Translations under genes and position numbers: made by a program | Assembly (NCBI GenBank): GCA_904063045.1 | Contig: CAJFCJ010000002.1 | Span: 2,413,891-2,477,890 of the forward strand | Source of the DNA: Dimorphilus gyrociliatus | Taxonomy: Eukaryota; Animalia; Annelida | Direction of reading: 5' to 3' | DNA: 64,000 nt | In this document: positions 59,701-64,000 of the stretch, piece by piece | How the letters are laid out: each line of letters opens with the position of its first letter | Position numbering within the stretch: position 1 is the first letter of the stretch | Notes under the pieces: generated by a model | What the model was told of the DNA's origin: nothing | The model's database searches: none | What the model saw: the letters and a program-made list of their open reading frames with translations, nothing else

Positions 59701-62700
59701 AAGGGTAGGAACGTGATGATACCGGGGAGAACGGAGTCATAGTACTTCTGCATGACTTCATTGCTCGTCTCTCTCTTGTTCCGAAGGCGTAAAAGCGTGA
59801 TGGAATTATTGTCAGACTTTTTTTCTGGGTTATGAAACTCAAGATGTAGTAACCTTGGAAGGAATATATGCATGGTTACGTGATAAATCTTTTGTATAGT
59901 TCTTCAATTCGATAGAAAAGAGGAACTAGTAAAAAAAAAATCAGATAAAAAAGATTCATTATAACGAAAAAGAATGTTCAATGAGGTTATATCGCTTGCT
60001 AATTTGAATAAATATGCATAAAGTTGTTGGATAAAGAGGAAAGCATGAATGATATACTGTAAAAGCGAAAAGAAAAAACAATTATAAAAAAGGTGATAGA
60101 AATCTAGGTTCTTATCTGGTAAGAAATCTATCGTAGAAGGATTTCCTTACTCGTTATTTATACGACTGTAAGTATAACAAAACTGTATAATCCTTAATGA
60201 ATTTTTAAGCGTCTTTGGTTTGTCGTCAAACTTCTTATTTAATATGTAAAGAATATTAATAAAAAAACTTAATTTTTAACGATTCTATAATTTAATTCTT
60301 AAACAATTATCTATCCAGTTAGAGTATCTTTCTCCTAAGTATAGAATTTAAAGTGAAAGCTTCACTAAAGAGATTAGGAAAACTACAAACTCAACAGAAC
60401 AAACTAATTTAGATAGAGCAGAATGTAACCTCGGTCGATTAATTTTCAAGTAGAAAATGAGCTTTGATAATAGAAATACGTACACCCTATTGATTACGAT
60501 CTTCTCTAATTACTCTATCATCAATATTTGTATAGGTTCAAAGCGTAGTCCATTTTGCGAGGAAGTGGATAGATTACTCCTTAACATATGATCTTGATTC
60601 TAAGGGTTGTAGTTAACTACAAAGAGTAAAAAGTGGGTAGCGAGAGAACATAACTCTATAAGTATACTATCTATTTATAACCGACCAACCGAGAATGGTT
60701 TAATTAATGGGAAAAGGATGTATAGATAAATCTTTACTTATATAATAGAAAGAAAGCGAGAGATAGCATAGACAAAACAGAGTAATAGATTGTTATACAA
60801 TAACAAGAAAATTATTGAAAAATAGGGGTTAAACGTAAAGAGAACTCTGCTTCTTAGGTCTGAAATTAACTGGAAAAGTTGGGCTAGAGAATTACAGTTA
60901 AAAGATGGGAAGCAGACAGCAGTAATATTTTATAAAAAAAGAGAAGAAAAAGTATAAACATGCTAAAATTTATGGTATCTGTAATAAATTTTCCACGAAA
61001 TTATTAAGACTTTTATCTAACCAAATAGACATTTAAAGAATTTCTAGAACATTTTTTTCTTGTTATTTATTTCTTTTGCCTTCCACCCCTCTTCTCCTTT
61101 CCCTTCTCTCTTTTCTCTCACCCTCTCTCTCTCTCTATCTCTCTCTTGAAAACAAAAAAAAAGATGGCTTCAGATTTTCTAAAGCTTCTATCTCATTTTC
61201 ATTTTCCCTCCCATATTCTATTGATTCATTGATTTACTTAGGAGCGTCTAGCCGATATAATAATAGACTATACTCGATGTTAGAAGCTATTACACATATA
61301 GTATATTATTGAATGTGTAAAGAAAATATATAAATAGACTAGTTTAGCTTACATCCAGGTGGAAAGGATTTTCAATGTTTGGAATTTAGAAAATAAAGAG
61401 GAGAAGGAGGAAGACACATAATGAATAGAAGAATCAGTAAAAAGTAATTATTAATCTCGAGATTAATTACTAAATTGCTATCAGAAGTGTCTTAAGGGAA
61501 ATAGTACGTCGTTGGTTGCTAAACGCTTAACTCGTCATAACGTCTCTGAACTGTATCAGCAATCCCACGAGGTCAACGATCAGCATTTAAACGTTTCTTG
61601 TAAGAATTATATTTATTTAAAAAATAACCCGATTAAATATTAATATTTCACTATTATCATTTATTCCAGTCTTACAATGAAAAAAATCATTAATTAGCGG
61701 TTTTAACTAGGATCAAATATTGGCTTTGATTTTAATACAAAAAACAGAAAAATTTACAAATCAATCATTAGAGAAGCTTACTGCACCTTTTTAACCTTAT
61801 TTAGTGTCGTGTGAAATGCTTTCCGTGCATTAACCAGAAGATCAAATTCATGATAAAATCAATTAATGTTGCTATATCTTTCTACTCTGAACGGTTTGGG
61901 CTCGAGAATAGAATGTAATTTGGAATGAAATCGTTTTTTGGAAAGCCTCTTTTTTTTTCTACTTTAAAGATTTTTAATCTTTGTCAAGAAGTTTTTTCTT
62001 CTCTCTTTCTTTATCGCCCCCTCTCCTTCCATACCCCTTCTCGTCTCTCTCTCTCTCTCTCTATCTCTGTTTCTGTCGATTTACAAATGCAGATTTGGTG
62101 AAAAAGTAAGAGTAAGAGGAAGAAAGAAGAGAGTACGGGAAAGAACGCTTTTTATTGTATAAATAGTTTATTTATACATTCATACAAACAACTGTCACGA
62201 TCTGGCTTGTCAATTTTCTAGTTATATATAGCAGTTCTATTCGTAACTGAATACAACAGCAAATTGATATCTGATAAAGAGAGATATCGGAGGAAAAATT
62301 CGATAAATTTATTGTCGTGTTATTGTTAGTTTCTGGCTTTACTAAACGCCCTGAAGGCTAATTAAACCCTCTTGTGAGTTCAGACACGAGAGTTTTCTCA
62401 CAGTTTTGCCTAGAGCTTCGCCCCTTTTTCATTCCTCAACTAGTTTAATCTACAACTCATGTCGATAGACATTCTAAAGTGCCAACAGTTTCATTTTACT
62501 CTTAGATAGGCAAATATAAAGAAAGACTAGGAGAATCAGTTGAGATGACGTCACGACAACTTAACGCTTTACATAACATTGGAAAGCTCTTCGTCTAAAC
62601 TGATTCAATAATTGTTATGGAGTGGCAAACAAATTAGGCAGTAAAAATATAATAACGAAGATTGGGTTAAAGATATGAAAGAATCTCCTTCTCCTTCTTC

Positions 62701-64000
62701 TCCTTAAAAAATTGAGTACTATAATTAGAATAAAGAATGAATTTTTCAATAGACTTGAACGTTTGAACGCATTCATCTATTAACTATAACTATTCTTCTC
62801 TTTCCTATCCACTCTATCACTCTTTATCACTTTCGAAGTATAAATATACTTATATTATATATTATGAAATCCTATAATCATTATTATTATTGATATTAGT
62901 AATATTTTGATTATTATTATTTTTACTAATCTCAATAACAACTCAGATTTAACGTTTATAAGTTCCACCAATAAGAATATTTACAAACTTAGACAGATTA
63001 TTTTTGCATAAATCTCCTACCAAAGCGACCTCTTCCGATAAATTTCAAATGAAAAACATCATTCCACCCTTCCCGAATAGGCTTGTTGCTACCGTTAGTT
63101 TTCTCTCTTTGATATATAGAGTATAACAAAATATACTCTTTAAATGGTAAGTTTTTCTCTTAAATTACAAGGTAAAATAAATAAAAATTAATTAATAGAA
63201 ACAATAAAAAAATAAACAACAATAAAAAACAACAATAAAAATCAACAACTAATTCGTTAAAGTTTGTTAATTAATACAATTCCTGTATAATATTTGTTTT
63301 TTTAAAGAAACAAAACTTTTGATATCTCAACTTAAAATCTCCTTCTTCCTTGCTTGTCTGATTCTATATTTTCTTTATAGTAAAAAAGATAACAATTTGT
63401 TATAATTATAGAGTATTTTTATAATCTATTAATTAAAATGGCCAAATGTTAAATCGTTAATTTGATTTTTTTTATCAATAAAAAACTTTGAAATGCAATG
63501 TTGAAAATTAATCAACAGCTGACTTAATTCTCTTATTCTGTAAATATAATATTGTTCTAAAAATAAATACATATAAAAGTATGTGATTCTAATTATGGAC
63601 GTATTCGCCTACATACTACATATACTTTGTATACAGTAGATGGACAAAGTACATGTCTAACTCTATTAACTAGTTTTTTTATAAAGGCTAATCCTTATTC
63701 TGATTTGTTATACTGATTTTCCAGATTTTTAATTTATTTTGGAAACGGTGGGAGGACTGTAAATATGTTTGAGATGTGTAGATAATTTTTACTTTAAGAA
63801 TCTCACAATTCGGTGTTTGTACAGCTTCCCATTTGTAAAAAGTTTGCCACCCGTACACACGAAAAGAAGGCTTGGATAGGTTTTGGCATACAAAACAATA
63901 TTTTTTGTATAAGAACGTTTTATCCAGTTGTTTTTGTGCTATATAACATTTGGCTTACAAAAATCTTTACTTTATTTCGTATAAAATCCTTATTTTCTAT

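Noticed and set aside
63690-63955. Stop-free ~88-codon minus-strand frame near the window end
   Set aside because: Length is within chance expectation for 64 kb and it has no recognisable domain. It cannot be excluded as an exon of a gene beyond the window.
1-64000. CRISPR arrays, rRNA, transposase or reverse-transcriptase ORFs, prokaryotic operons
   Set aside because: None seen: no spaced direct repeats or mobile-element ORFs, and the sequence is spliceosomal eukaryotic DNA.

Overview
AT-rich animal nuclear DNA with many short (about 55-110 nt) GT-AG introns. This fits a compact invertebrate genome, probably spiralian; a miniature annelid such as Dimorphilus is my inference, not something shown here. 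No prokaryotic features, CRISPR arrays or recognisable transposons were seen. Splicing exons by hand gave 11 protein-coding genes and one tRNA. From left to right: a GPI-type Ly6/three-finger protein (+); an EGF-PAN-multi-F-type-lectin-PAN mosaic protein (-); an intronless tetraspanin (-); a ~2,580-aa single-pass receptor built from two tandem giant LRR ectodomains with no TIR (-); a single-pass PY-motif membrane adaptor (-); SARAF (-); NDUFA11 (+); ATP6V0B (-); two tandem CABIT-proline-rich-SAM (GAREM-like) adaptors, one with an N-terminal ITAM-like YExL array (-); an intron-containing tRNA-Ser(GCT) (+); and a 13-exon, 17.3-kb Cys-rich GPI-type gene almost invisible in the ORF track (-). That last gene's 5' introns and promoter hold a dense cluster of palindromic CACGTG E-boxes and an unexplained ~194-codon nested ORF. 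The final ~14 kb appears gene-free. All exon coordinates were derived by eye and checked only for reading-frame consistency.
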